Below, one piece after another: positions 29,572 through 38,629 of a stretch of DNA of 64,000 bases. The stretch's first letter is position 1, and each line of letters starts with the position of its first letter. The stretch spans positions 266,017-330,016 of the forward strand of contig JAMLHC010000001.1 in the NCBI GenBank assembly GCA_023957335.1. Direction: 5' to 3'. Below the pieces are notes generated by a model that did no database searches, was not told where the DNA came from, and was given only the letters and a program-made list of their open reading frames with translations. The translations under genes and the position numbers were made by a program. Origin of the DNA: Bacteroidota bacterium. Its GTDB lineage: Bacteria > Bacteroidota > Bacteroidia > NS11-12g > UBA955.

Positions 29572-29579
29572 TACATTTG
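29572..29579 (+). promoter_or_regulatory. Bacteroidetes-type -7 promoter element (TAcaTTTG) upstream of rpsO
   Basis: TAnnTTTG match 32 nt upstream of the ATG at 29611. Confidence 0.3.
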
Positions 29580-29610
29580 CAACCCGATTTAAAGAAAACT
29601 GAAAAGAAAG

Positions 29611-29880
29611 ATGTTAGTTACTTCAGAAAGAAAAAAAGAGATTTTCGCTCAATATGGCAAAGATGCTAAGAACACCGGTTCTACCGAAGGTCAGATTGCC
29701 CTATTTACAGAAAGAATCAATCACATTACCGACCACCTTCGCAAAGCAAAAAAAGACTATTCTGCGGAGTTGAGCCTGATTAAAATGGTAGGAAAAAGAA
29801 AAGCATTACTTAACTACCTTGCAAAACAAGATATCAATAAATACAGAGCTCTGATTAAGGAGCTTGGTATTAGAAAATAA
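29611..29880 (+). CDS. rpsO: 30S ribosomal protein S15
   Basis: 89 aa. ..TGSTEGQIALFTERINHITDHLRKAKKDYS..GKRKALLNYL.. is canonical S15. Confidence 0.95.
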   Translation: MLVTSERKKEIFAQYGKDAKNTGSTEGQIALFTERINHITDHLRKAKKDYSAELSLIKMVGKRKALLNYLAKQDINKYRALIKELGIRK

Positions 29881-29926
29881 AAATATTAGGAAGGGCATTT
29901 TGCTTTTCTTCAAAACCTTATCGTAT

Positions 29927-29956
29927 AAAAAGCCCCGACATATGGGGCTTTTTTTG
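29927..29956 (+). terminator. Rho-independent terminator or attenuator between rpsO and pnp
   Basis: aaaaAGCCCCgacatatGGGGCTttttttt: a 6-bp GC-rich stem with a 7-nt loop and a T7 tract, 47 nt after the rpsO stop and 27 nt before the pnp ATG. Confidence 0.7.
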
Positions 29957-29982
29957 TAAAATTTGAAAATAAAATAATCGAA

Positions 29983-32109
29983 ATGAAACCAAACGGAATA
30001 AAAAAAACAATTGACCTGGGAGATGGAAAGGTCATCGAAATTGAAACAGGCGTGTTAGCTAAACAAGCACACGGATCTGTTGTAGTTAAACAAGGTAAGA
30101 CCATGATTTTGGCGACCATTGTATCTAATTATGAAGCAAAACCTGATTGCGACTTTTTGCCGCTTTCTGTGGATTACCAAGAAAAATTTGCAGCCGTAGG
30201 AAGAATCCCCGGCAGTTTTCACCGCAGAGAAGCCAGATTAACAGATTATGAAATACTGATTAGCCGTTTGGTGGACAGAGCACTCAGACCTCTTTTCCCT
30301 GATGATTACCACTGCGAAACACAAGTGGCTATCACTTTGATGTCTTCTGACGAAAATATTTTGCCTGACGCATTGGTGGGTTTGGCTGCATCAGCAGCAA
30401 TTGCAGTATCTGACATTCCGTTCAACGGACCTATTTCAGAGGTTCGTGTAGGCAGAATCGAAGGCAAATATGTGATTAATCCTACTAAAGAAGAATTGGA
30501 AAAATCCGATATTGATATCATCATAGCAGGAACAAGTAAAGACATCAATATGGTAGAAGGTGAAATGAGTGAGGTGTCAGAGAATGACTTGTTAGAAGCT
30601 CTCAAATTTGGTCATGAAGTAATCAAAAAGCAGTGCAAGCTACAAGAAGAACTCAAAATAGAAGCCGGCAAGACTCAAATCAGAGAGTATGAGAAATTTG
30701 CTCATGATGCTGAAATGTTGGCAAAAATCAAATCTTTTGCTTTCCCAAAGATTGAAGAAGTTGCTAAACACGCTTCTGACAAAAACGAAAGAAGTATCAA
30801 ATTTGCTGAGATCAAAGAACAGACCTTGGCTCTTTTTGAAGGTGACGAAGAGGTGGACATGAATAAAGTAAAAGCCTATTTTGGTCAAATTGAGTGGGAA
30901 GCAGTACGTGAAGTAGTATTAACAACCAAAACCCGTTTGGACGGAAGGAATCCACACCAAGTGCGCCCTATCTGGTCAGAAGTAGATTATTTACCTGCTG
31001 CTCACGGGAGTGCGGTCTTCACTCGTGGAGAAACACAAGCATTGGCAACCGTAACACTTGGAAGCAAATTAGATGAGCAACTCTTGGACAGCCCTATGAA
31101 TTATGGCTATAACAAATTTATGCTTCACTATAATTTTCCGGCTTTTTCTACCGGAGAAGCCCGTCCTAACAGAGGTCCGGGAAGAAGAGAAATTGGTCAT
31201 GGAAATTTAGCTTTGAGAGGACTTAAAAAAACTCTCCCTTCTGATGTTCCTTACACCATTCGTTTGGTGAGCGATGTATTAGAAAGCAATGGTTCGTCTT
31301 CAATGGCGACTGTTTGCTCCGGTGCATTGGCGTTGATGGATGCCGGGATTCAGATTACAAGACCCGTGTCCGGTATTGCCATGGGCATGATTTCGGATGA
31401 AGCCACCGGTAGATATGTGGTATTATCCGATATTTTAGGAGATGAAGATCATTTGGGCGATATGGATTTCAAAGTAGTGGGAACCGAGAAAGGTATTACT
31501 GCGTGTCAGATGGATATTAAAATCAACGGACTGTCCTATGACGTGTTAGCAGAAGCTTTGGCACAATCTAAGGAGGGCAGATTGCATATTTTGGGAGAAA
31601 TGAACAAAACCCTTGCTGCACCCCGTCCTGAATTGAAACCTCATGCTCCAAGAATTGAAAAATTGATTATTGGCAAAGAATATATTGGCGCTGTTATAGG
31701 TAGCGGAGGAAAGGTTATTCAAGAGATACAAGAGAAAACAGGCACAACAATCACCATTGATGAAGTGGACGGAAAAGGAATCGTTGAAATTTCATCGCCT
31801 AACGGAGAAAGTATTGCTAAAGCACTTGCTTGGATAAAAGGCATTGTAACAGAACCCGAAGTAGGCGAAATATACAACGGTACTGTGAAGAATGTTGTGG
31901 AATTTGGCGCTTTTGTAGAAATTCTACCCGGCAAAGAGGGATTATTGCATATTTCCGAAATAAGCTGGAAACGACTTCCTACGATGGATGGAATCTATAA
32001 AGTAGGCGACCATGTTCAGGTTAAATTGTTGGATATAGACAAAAAGACCGGCAAGTTTAAACTCTCGCACAAAGCATTGCTTCCTCGCGAAGCAGCAGAG
32101 GGGAAATAA
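29983..32109 (+). CDS. pnp: Polyribonucleotide nucleotidyltransferase (PNPase)
   Basis: Two RNase PH domains, then a KH domain (IGKEYIGAVIGSGGKVIQEI) and an S1 domain (GEIYNGTVKNVVEFGAFVEILPGKEGLLHISE). 708 aa. Confidence 0.95.
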   Translation: MKPNGIKKTIDLGDGKVIEIETGVLAKQAHGSVVVKQGKTMILATIVSNYEAKPDCDFLPLSVDYQEKFAAVGRIPGSFHRREARLTDYEILISRLVDRALRPLFPDDYHCETQVAITLMSSDENILPDALVGLAASAAIAVSDIPFNGPISEVRVGRIEGKYVINPTKEELEKSDIDIIIAGTSKDINMVEGEMSEVSENDLLEALKFGHEVIKKQCKLQEELKIEAGKTQIREYEKFAHDAEMLAKIKSFAFPKIEEVAKHASDKNERSIKFAEIKEQTLALFEGDEEVDMNKVKAYFGQIEWEAVREVVLTTKTRLDGRNPHQVRPIWSEVDYLPAAHGSAVFTRGETQALATVTLGSKLDEQLLDSPMNYGYNKFMLHYNFPAFSTGEARPNRGPGRREIGHGNLALRGLKKTLPSDVPYTIRLVSDVLESNGSSSMATVCSGALALMDAGIQITRPVSGIAMGMISDEATGRYVVLSDILGDEDHLGDMDFKVVGTEKGITACQMDIKINGLSYDVLAEALAQSKEGRLHILGEMNKTLAAPRPELKPHAPRIEKLIIGKEYIGAVIGSGGKVIQEIQEKTGTTITIDEVDGKGIVEISSPNGESIAKALAWIKGIVTEPEVGEIYNGTVKNVVEFGAFVEILPGKEGLLHISEISWKRLPTMDGIYKVGDHVQVKLLDIDKKTGKFKLSHKALLPREAAEGK

Positions 32110-32137
32110 ATTACTCACGGATTTTTTTTCATAATTT

Positions 32138-32168
32138 AAAGGCAGCCTATAAGGCTGCTTTTTTTTGT
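32138..32168 (+). terminator. Rho-independent terminator after pnp
   Basis: aaaGGCAGCCtataaGGCTGCCtttttttt, followed by a further T-run. Confidence 0.7.
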
Positions 32169-32407
32169 TTTGTCAATGTCAGAATGTACACACTTAAGCA
32201 CCTGAATATTTTGTCAAAAACAGATTTACACAAAGACGTGTTACTCAAAAAACAGTCGGCATGGATATCCATCTGCTGTCTTCCATTGTGTATCATGGGT
32301 GGCGGCACGAGCGAAGTAGTAAAATGGGTGCGATAAACCCATATCTCATTTAAGCTACTTTTTTTTACTTTTATCAAAATAATACAGGATAAAAACCACA
32401 CATTTAC

Positions 32408-32415
32408 TACCTTTG
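32408..32415 (+). promoter_or_regulatory. Bacteroidetes-type -7 promoter element (TAccTTTG)
   Basis: TAnnTTTG match 25 nt upstream of the ATG at 32440. Confidence 0.3.
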
Positions 32416-32439
32416 TTTAAATTGAAAAACAAAATATTT

Positions 32440-32859
32440 ATGAAAAAATTATTACTTTTACTTCCGTTATTGGCTTTGTTGTCACTCCAAACACACGGGC
32501 AATGTGTACCAAATGCTTGCCAACTTGCATTTACCAACATGATAGACTGCGAAGTTGAACTTGAGATAGATTATTCCTGCCCACCGGATACTAATCTCAT
32601 TCGTAAGCAAACTATTACTTTAAATCCAGGCAGCAGTTCTTTTCCGACTGTTACACATTTGAGTAACTACAACCACTTATTTCCATGTGATTGCTCCACT
32701 ATCATCATCAAGAATATACGGGTAATACGAATCGGGAGCACTACTCATAATATTACTCTGAGCGCAACTCCTTCGGTATTTATACAAAATTCATGTTGCA
32801 ATGAAAACTACGGCACTTATTCAGGATGCTATGTTACGATGTGGATGACTTGCCCATAG
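32440..32859 (+). CDS. Small secreted cysteine-rich protein (signal peptide plus about 120-aa mature region with about 10 Cys), unknown function
   Basis: MKKLLLLLPLLALLSLQTHGQ is a signal peptide. Mature part: CVPNACQL..DCEVELEIDYSCPP..FPCDCST..NSCCNEN..SGCYVTMWMTCP. I recognise no homologue. Start set at 32440, because the track ORF begins 9 codons earlier. Confidence 0.55.
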   Translation: MKKLLLLLPLLALLSLQTHGQCVPNACQLAFTNMIDCEVELEIDYSCPPDTNLIRKQTITLNPGSSSFPTVTHLSNYNHLFPCDCSTIIIKNIRVIRIGSTTHNITLSATPSVFIQNSCCNENYGTYSGCYVTMWMTCP

Positions 32860-32905
32860 ATACCATTACGTTCAACAACTATTTTACATTTAAAAATTAA
32901 CAACT

Positions 32906-34945
32906 ATGAAACACAAATTTTTACTTTGGGTACTTGTGGCACTGTCAGTACCTGCCCACGCACAGCAATTAGAGTGGACAAGACGTTTGCAGGGCACCGG
33001 CATCGCAGCTAATTATTTCGGGAGTAGCAGGATGATGAGTTCGTCTGGCGACTACATTGTGCTCAACGGATTACGATCGTTCTCAACATCCTTGAAACTA
33101 CAGCCCCCGGGTAGCGAGATTATTACTTCAAGAAACACTTTAAATCCACTGTATTTTGTAGTCTTAGACAAGTCGGGCAATTTTGTAAAATCACAGGTCA
33201 TTAATCTTGCCGGATATGAGGCTAATCGGTACGGTCAGATATCAAGCAGGCAAGTAACTTATGACCGCATCAATCACCGGAATTATATGGGTATAAATAT
33301 AGATTGTGACAGTATTTCTTTTGGCACAAACGAGCCTTGGATAGATGTAACCAACCAAAGATCTCATTCTTTTATTGCGGTGTATGATTCCACTTTTGAA
33401 TATGTAAAGCACCTGACTTTCACAACATCCCTTTTATCATCAAAAGTGCGTAATTACAACGGAACTAATATATTACACGATATTACCGTAGATAATCAGG
33501 GCAACTTGTATTGTTATATCAAATTTTACGATACGGTTTTCTTGGATGGCACATATATAACACATAGCACCAGTCCTTCAGGCAGTTATGCACTGGTCAA
33601 ACTGAATTCAAATTTGGAAGTACAATGGATAACTCAATCAGCGCTATTTATATCAAGCTTCTTGTACAATTTTGAGCAGAATATGATGTATGCGTACATA
33701 GAAAGTGTGGGCTTTACCGACACAACTCACTATACTGACAAAGACACGATATGGACACCTCCCCCCACCGGACAATCTGCTTGTATTTGTACCATTGACC
33801 TTGAAACAGGTCATATTATTCCGCGTATAGAAATACACAAAAACGCAAATTTCGTTAATGGAAGTTTATACTCTAATCTCAGGGGCAATAGCAATGTATT
33901 GCTGACAGGTTTTTCATTTGTTAATGCCTCCGTTCCCATTGAATTAACCATTAACGGAAATACTTATACATACCCCCCGAATACGCAAGGGAGAAATGCC
34001 TTTATCGCCAGTTTCAATACAAGTGATTTCTCCTTAAGACATATTAACAGTTTTGACAGCACATCCGACCTGTCCTTCTCTAATATTTATTCAGATAGTT
34101 TGTATGTAGTTGTAGGTAACACGGCAGGCAATACCAATTTCGCGTTTAACGGACAAAATGTTTATATCAAAGATTATAACAAAGGACGTCCGGCAAACTA
34201 TCCATATCAGACCAATTTTCTTGCGGTCTATACTCTCAACAACAATCTCAAGGATGTGTGGTTTATGAACACTGACAAGGTGCCTGAAATAGGTAGTTTT
34301 GAATATGGTGCTGTCAATGTGATTGACAAGGACATATATCTGTGTACAGTCTTTAAACAAACTGCCAAAGTAGGATTGGGACCTGACACCAAAAGTCTGA
34401 CAGATGGCAACACGAGCATGTCGCTGGTCAAATACAACTGCTTGCCTACTGCGTATTTTGAAGCCTTAGACCAAAATGTTAATTTCAGAAATTTGTCTTC
34501 CGGTTATTGTGATTATGTTTGGAATTTTGGGGACGGCAGTGACACTTCGCAACAAAAAAATCCCTTTCACCCCTTTGCAAAAGGAATTCATACTATCAAA
34601 CTCTATGTGAGCAACGATTGCGGAACCGATTCTTTTGAACGTCAAATCAATGTCAGTGCTAATAGTATCAAGGAAACAGCAAACACTCAAGGCGTGTCCA
34701 TATATCCCAATCCTGCTCAATCTGAATTGTATATTGACATTGACATTGACAATGCCACATACACTTGGAATGCGCCCACACTTGTAGTGAGAGATATGCC
34801 GGGCAAAACAATTACTTGTTACACCTATCAAAGAAGTGACGGTTCTTTTGTCATAGACACGCGCAATATGGCGAATGGGGTGTATGTATTGACTGTTTCT
34901 GATTCCGGTTTGTCTAAGTCCATTCGATTTGTTGTAAACAAATGA
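32906..34945 (+). CDS. T9SS-secreted surface protein: N-terminal SBBP-like beta-propeller repeats, PKD domain, C-terminal Por-secretion sorting domain
   Basis: Signal peptide MKHKFLLWVLVALSVPAHAQ. Repeats such as HDITVDNQGNLYCY and LDKSGNFVKSQ. PKD-like WNFGDGSDTSQQ..HTIKLYVSNDCGTD. T9SS CTD GVSIYPNPAQSELYID....GVYVLTVSDSGLSKSIRFVVNK. Confidence 0.8.
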   Translation: MKHKFLLWVLVALSVPAHAQQLEWTRRLQGTGIAANYFGSSRMMSSSGDYIVLNGLRSFSTSLKLQPPGSEIITSRNTLNPLYFVVLDKSGNFVKSQVINLAGYEANRYGQISSRQVTYDRINHRNYMGINIDCDSISFGTNEPWIDVTNQRSHSFIAVYDSTFEYVKHLTFTTSLLSSKVRNYNGTNILHDITVDNQGNLYCYIKFYDTVFLDGTYITHSTSPSGSYALVKLNSNLEVQWITQSALFISSFLYNFEQNMMYAYIESVGFTDTTHYTDKDTIWTPPPTGQSACICTIDLETGHIIPRIEIHKNANFVNGSLYSNLRGNSNVLLTGFSFVNASVPIELTINGNTYTYPPNTQGRNAFIASFNTSDFSLRHINSFDSTSDLSFSNIYSDSLYVVVGNTAGNTNFAFNGQNVYIKDYNKGRPANYPYQTNFLAVYTLNNNLKDVWFMNTDKVPEIGSFEYGAVNVIDKDIYLCTVFKQTAKVGLGPDTKSLTDGNTSMSLVKYNCLPTAYFEALDQNVNFRNLSSGYCDYVWNFGDGSDTSQQKNPFHPFAKGIHTIKLYVSNDCGTDSFERQINVSANSIKETANTQGVSIYPNPAQSELYIDIDIDNATYTWNAPTLVVRDMPGKTITCYTYQRSDGSFVIDTRNMANGVYVLTVSDSGLSKSIRFVVNK

Positions 34946-35004
34946 TGAAAAGCCAGTCGATATAAAAAGAAATAATCTCATACTTTTGGCTTTCAATTAT
35001 CTTA

Positions 35005-35035
35005 AAAGGCAGCTTCATTAGCTGCTTTTTTATTT
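35005..35035 (+). terminator. Rho-independent terminator after the T9SS/PKD gene
   Basis: aaaaGGCAGCttcattaGCTGCtttttt, about 60 nt after the stop. Confidence 0.6.
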
Positions 35036-35136
35036 GAAATAACTTACAGAGTCAATCGCAAGCAGCTAATACTTGAACACAATATTTTTACGACATTTAT
35101 TTATAAAGAATAACTTTGTACACACAATCCTGATAG

Positions 35137-35646
35137 ATGACAAGCACAGTTTTTTTTGAAGAGATACAAAGACCCCGACAAATATGGGTTTGGGTCACAC
35201 TTTTAAGTATAAACATCTTGCCGCTCATCGGACTATACGTTCAAATCGTGCAAGGCAAACCCTTTGGCAACAATCCCATGAGTAATGAAGGCTTAATCAT
35301 CATCTTCTGCTTGCTTACGACACTCACAGTGTTTGTCTTGGGACTCACCCTAAGTACACAAGTCAAAGAAGACGGAATATATGTACGCATGGCTCCTTTG
35401 CACCGCAAAGAGAGGGTTTATAAATGGGAAGACCTACACAATGCCTATGTAAGAAAATACAAGCCTCTGGCAGAATTTGGCGGATGGGGAATCCGATATG
35501 GCTTTAATCAAGGTATGGCATTCAACATCTCCGGTAATATGGGATTGCAACTTGAGTTCAAAAACGGCAAAAAATTATTAATCGGCACGCGCAACCCGGA
35601 AGCATTGGCTAAGGTGCTTGAAGGACGTATTGCTCAACCCGAATAA
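35137..35646 (+). CDS. Small membrane protein: two TM helices followed by a bacterial PH-like (DUF304/bPH_2-like) domain
   Basis: Two hydrophobic segments (IWVWVTLLSINILPLIGLYVQI and LIIIFCLLTTLTVFVLGLTL) precede a soluble region (YVRMAPLHRKERVYKWEDL..LQLEFKNGKKLLIGTRNPEALAKVL). This architecture resembles YdbS/YdbT-like bPH proteins. The family call is an inference. Confidence 0.5.
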   Translation: MTSTVFFEEIQRPRQIWVWVTLLSINILPLIGLYVQIVQGKPFGNNPMSNEGLIIIFCLLTTLTVFVLGLTLSTQVKEDGIYVRMAPLHRKERVYKWEDLHNAYVRKYKPLAEFGGWGIRYGFNQGMAFNISGNMGLQLEFKNGKKLLIGTRNPEALAKVLEGRIAQPE

Positions 35647-35678
35647 TAACAGTGCAAGAAAACTCTTATTTTCGCAAC

Positions 35679-36875
35679 ATGAGTAAGTGGTGGACACGAA
35701 TTGCAATACTTTGTAGCGGAATCAGTTTTATATCATGCTCTGCGACAAAGCCGGTTGCCACACAAAACAACCCAAAAATACCTCAGTATGCAATAGACAA
35801 ACAGTTTGCAACCGCGCTCTTTTTGGGCGAATCTGCACTGTTGCGAGAGGATTATATCACTGCACAAAAAAATTTTAATGGCTGTCTCAACCTCCAGCCT
35901 GACAACCCTGAGGCACTTTTTAGACTGGCTCAAACAGAATACAAACTCAAAAACATAGAACAGGCAATAGACCTTGCAGCAAAGGCGGTCAAATTGGACA
36001 AGGATAATATTCTTTGGTATAGACTCTTCTATGCAGAGTTACTTCAATTCAAAGGCGAAGCGACAAAATATGCCGAACAAATGCAAATTGCCCTTGACTT
36101 ACACCCCTCAGACAAGTTTGTGTATGTGAAAACTGACAGCGCATGGCGCGCAACAAGCAATTTCAGTAAATCCGAAGCATTATGGGCAAAGTACAAAACT
36201 GAATTTCCAAACAACAACTCCTTGGCAGACGAGCATTTGTTTGAGCTTTATACCATCCAAAACAAATCAACAGAAGCAATGAATATTGGCAAAGCATTGT
36301 TTAACTCAGATCCCGTCAATGGCAAATATGTGTTGATGTATGGACAAACCTTGAACAATCTTCATAAAAAACAAGAATTACAAACACTCCTGACCCCTTA
36401 CTCAAAATCAGACCTCTTGTCGTCTAATAAAACGAACTTCTACCAAAGTGCCTATTTCTTGAGTTTTGAATCAAATCTTCCTCAGTTAGCCGCAGATTTT
36501 GCCGGCAAAGCCTTATTATCAAGCAATGACAAATCACTTGTAACCCATTTCACACAAGCTATTCAAAACAATTTTTTCGAGGGTGTTGCACTATCACAAA
36601 CTTTGCAAACTGCTGTTCTCAACTCCCCAATGAACGCAGAATTACAGTTGCTTACCGGCATACAACTCCTGAAAGAAAACAATTATTTGTCCGCATTATC
36701 CTATCTAAAAGCGAGTAAATCCTTGGGTAATACTTCATTTATCCTGTATGAAAACTATTGTAAAGCATTGTGGCAAGAAGGACAACTACAAGAACTCAAA
36801 AAGATAAGTGATGAAGGTTTAGAACTCTACCCTTTTTCACAAGAATTACAACAATACAATGCACAAGGCAAGTAG
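35679..36875 (+). CDS. TPR-repeat lipoprotein
   Basis: Lipobox MSKWWTRIAILCSGISFISCS, then several TPR-like helical repeats (EALFRLAQTEYKLKNIEQAIDLAAKAVKLDKDN..). Start may instead be 35652. Confidence 0.65.
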   Translation: MSKWWTRIAILCSGISFISCSATKPVATQNNPKIPQYAIDKQFATALFLGESALLREDYITAQKNFNGCLNLQPDNPEALFRLAQTEYKLKNIEQAIDLAAKAVKLDKDNILWYRLFYAELLQFKGEATKYAEQMQIALDLHPSDKFVYVKTDSAWRATSNFSKSEALWAKYKTEFPNNNSLADEHLFELYTIQNKSTEAMNIGKALFNSDPVNGKYVLMYGQTLNNLHKKQELQTLLTPYSKSDLLSSNKTNFYQSAYFLSFESNLPQLAADFAGKALLSSNDKSLVTHFTQAIQNNFFEGVALSQTLQTAVLNSPMNAELQLLTGIQLLKENNYLSALSYLKASKSLGNTSFILYENYCKALWQEGQLQELKKISDEGLELYPFSQELQQYNAQGK

Positions 36876-36886
36876 GGGAAAAATAC

Positions 36887-38566
36887 TTAGAAAGAAGTAT
36901 TTAATGTAAACCGAACTCCACTGAAAGCAGGTTCAACACGACAGATTCCACCGGTACAATTCACCCCCTCGACCTGTTTTATATAAGCCAATGTAAACTG
37001 AGTTGCACCCATAGTGTAAGCAGCAAAGGCTGTATAGAAATGGATGATTTCATCAGACACAGGCGAGCCCGGTTGGCGATGCGGAACAACATTCACCATA
37101 TCCCCTGCAGCAAAAGACCATTTGGGTGCAAAGTTCCACTCCAGAATGGCATTGATGAAACTTCCCAAATCTTGTTTAGTGTCAAGATACTGGCACTCCA
37201 AACGCAAAGATTTAGTGCGTGTATATTTATAAGTCAGTTCCCCAAAAGGAGTAAGTGCATGAACATTTGGATAACCGGGTTTCACTTCATAACGATTCTG
37301 ATTGTAGAATATACTTTGAATTCCTCCTTTAAAAGCCCATTGTCTGCCACTGGCTGAAACTTTGAATTTATGCTGCAACTCAAGGTATATTTCTTCAAAC
37401 AATTTCTCCGGCTTTCCATTTAGTCCATTGGCTGCAAGGCTTTCCACGTGTGAAATATTGAGCAATATAGAAGTACCGCGTTTGGGTGTAAAAATAAAAT
37501 CCGCTTGATAGGCTTGCTCTCCAAGTTGTTGGGTAACTGCATTGTACCTGGCTAAAAGTCTGTACGCATTTTGTTTGGTAATAGATGGCAAATAAGATAT
37601 CTGCCCATTCAATAGAGTCTCAAACGGTGATGTCCTCAAACTGAAATTTTCAATTCTTTTATATTGAGCATTAGCACCGAAAGACATTTTTTTGTTTTTG
37701 CCAAAACGGCTTTTAGAATAGGAAGCAGAAGTAAAAATGATATTGCCCGGAGCTGAAATCAACTTGCTGCCATCTGCATTTGCAATAGGTTCTTCGGTTT
37801 TGTAATTGTATTCTCCATAAAGTGTAAGTCCTTTCCATGTGAAAGTACCATATCCATTGAATCCAAAAACATTATAAAATGCATTAAACCTTTGACTATC
37901 CGGATAACTGAGAATTTCTGACTTTACACGTTCAAAAGTGTTATTATCCAATACTCTGTTAACTACTGATGCCCCTATATCAAGACTCATTGATTCTGTG
38001 ATAGGGATTCTGTATTCCATATTATAACCGCTTATAACCTGAGGCGAGACTCCAAACCTGTCACCGGTAAAAATATTCCCTTTTTGCTGACCCGAAAATC
38101 CAATCATTCTCAGGTTTTTTACCGGACTGGCTTTGACCCTAATTCCTTGAATTGCATAATCAATCCCAATATTTCTGTCCTCATACGCTCTAAACAACAT
38201 TCCTGAAGCGAATTGCTCATAAAAATAGCCGGCAGTAATCTGTAACCAGTCTATATCTTTAGAAACTTGCCAAAATCCAAGACCTTGTTTGGAATACGTA
38301 CCTTGCGGATTAAAGAGCGGTGTATTTTGAAACCCGTCAAAACGGGCTGCAAAATTAAATCCTTTAAAATCGTAATTCAAATATAACCAAGCATCTATAC
38401 TTGAAAGTTGATTTCTATACACCTCTGTATTGGCGCCAATTTTATTGTCTCTTTGGTAAAAATTCATATTGGTCTGAAAATTACCGGAAAATTTACCGGC
38501 TTCCTGTCCGAATGTGAATAGTGGTGCGTATAAAATTATACCCAACAATAATAATCTTCCTCTCAT
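36887..38566 (-). CDS. Outer-membrane beta-barrel protein (porin-like), unknown substrate
   Basis: Signal peptide MRGRLLLLGIILYAPLFTFGQEAG, alternating amphipathic beta-strand pattern rich in Y/F/G/N, and a C-terminal ..RFTLNTSF ending in Phe. Start moved to ATG 38566, because the track ORF starts 25 codons upstream and overlaps pyrF. Confidence 0.7.
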   Translation of the reverse strand: MRGRLLLLGIILYAPLFTFGQEAGKFSGNFQTNMNFYQRDNKIGANTEVYRNQLSSIDAWLYLNYDFKGFNFAARFDGFQNTPLFNPQGTYSKQGLGFWQVSKDIDWLQITAGYFYEQFASGMLFRAYEDRNIGIDYAIQGIRVKASPVKNLRMIGFSGQQKGNIFTGDRFGVSPQVISGYNMEYRIPITESMSLDIGASVVNRVLDNNTFERVKSEILSYPDSQRFNAFYNVFGFNGYGTFTWKGLTLYGEYNYKTEEPIANADGSKLISAPGNIIFTSASYSKSRFGKNKKMSFGANAQYKRIENFSLRTSPFETLLNGQISYLPSITKQNAYRLLARYNAVTQQLGEQAYQADFIFTPKRGTSILLNISHVESLAANGLNGKPEKLFEEIYLELQHKFKVSASGRQWAFKGGIQSIFYNQNRYEVKPGYPNVHALTPFGELTYKYTRTKSLRLECQYLDTKQDLGSFINAILEWNFAPKWSFAAGDMVNVVPHRQPGSPVSDEIIHFYTAFAAYTMGATQFTLAYIKQVEGVNCTGGICRVEPAFSGVRFTLNTSF

Positions 38567-38629
38567 TTTGATTTCTTTTGCGATGCCTTTTATGAACAGA
38601 GGCAAAAGTAATTTAAAAACAAAAGAAAA

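Noticed and set aside
32147-32401. 84-aa minus-strand ORF in the pnp-downstream intergenic region.
   Set aside because: Low-complexity translation. It spans the pnp terminator and the structured GC-rich element. The region is more plausibly non-coding, as described in the findings.
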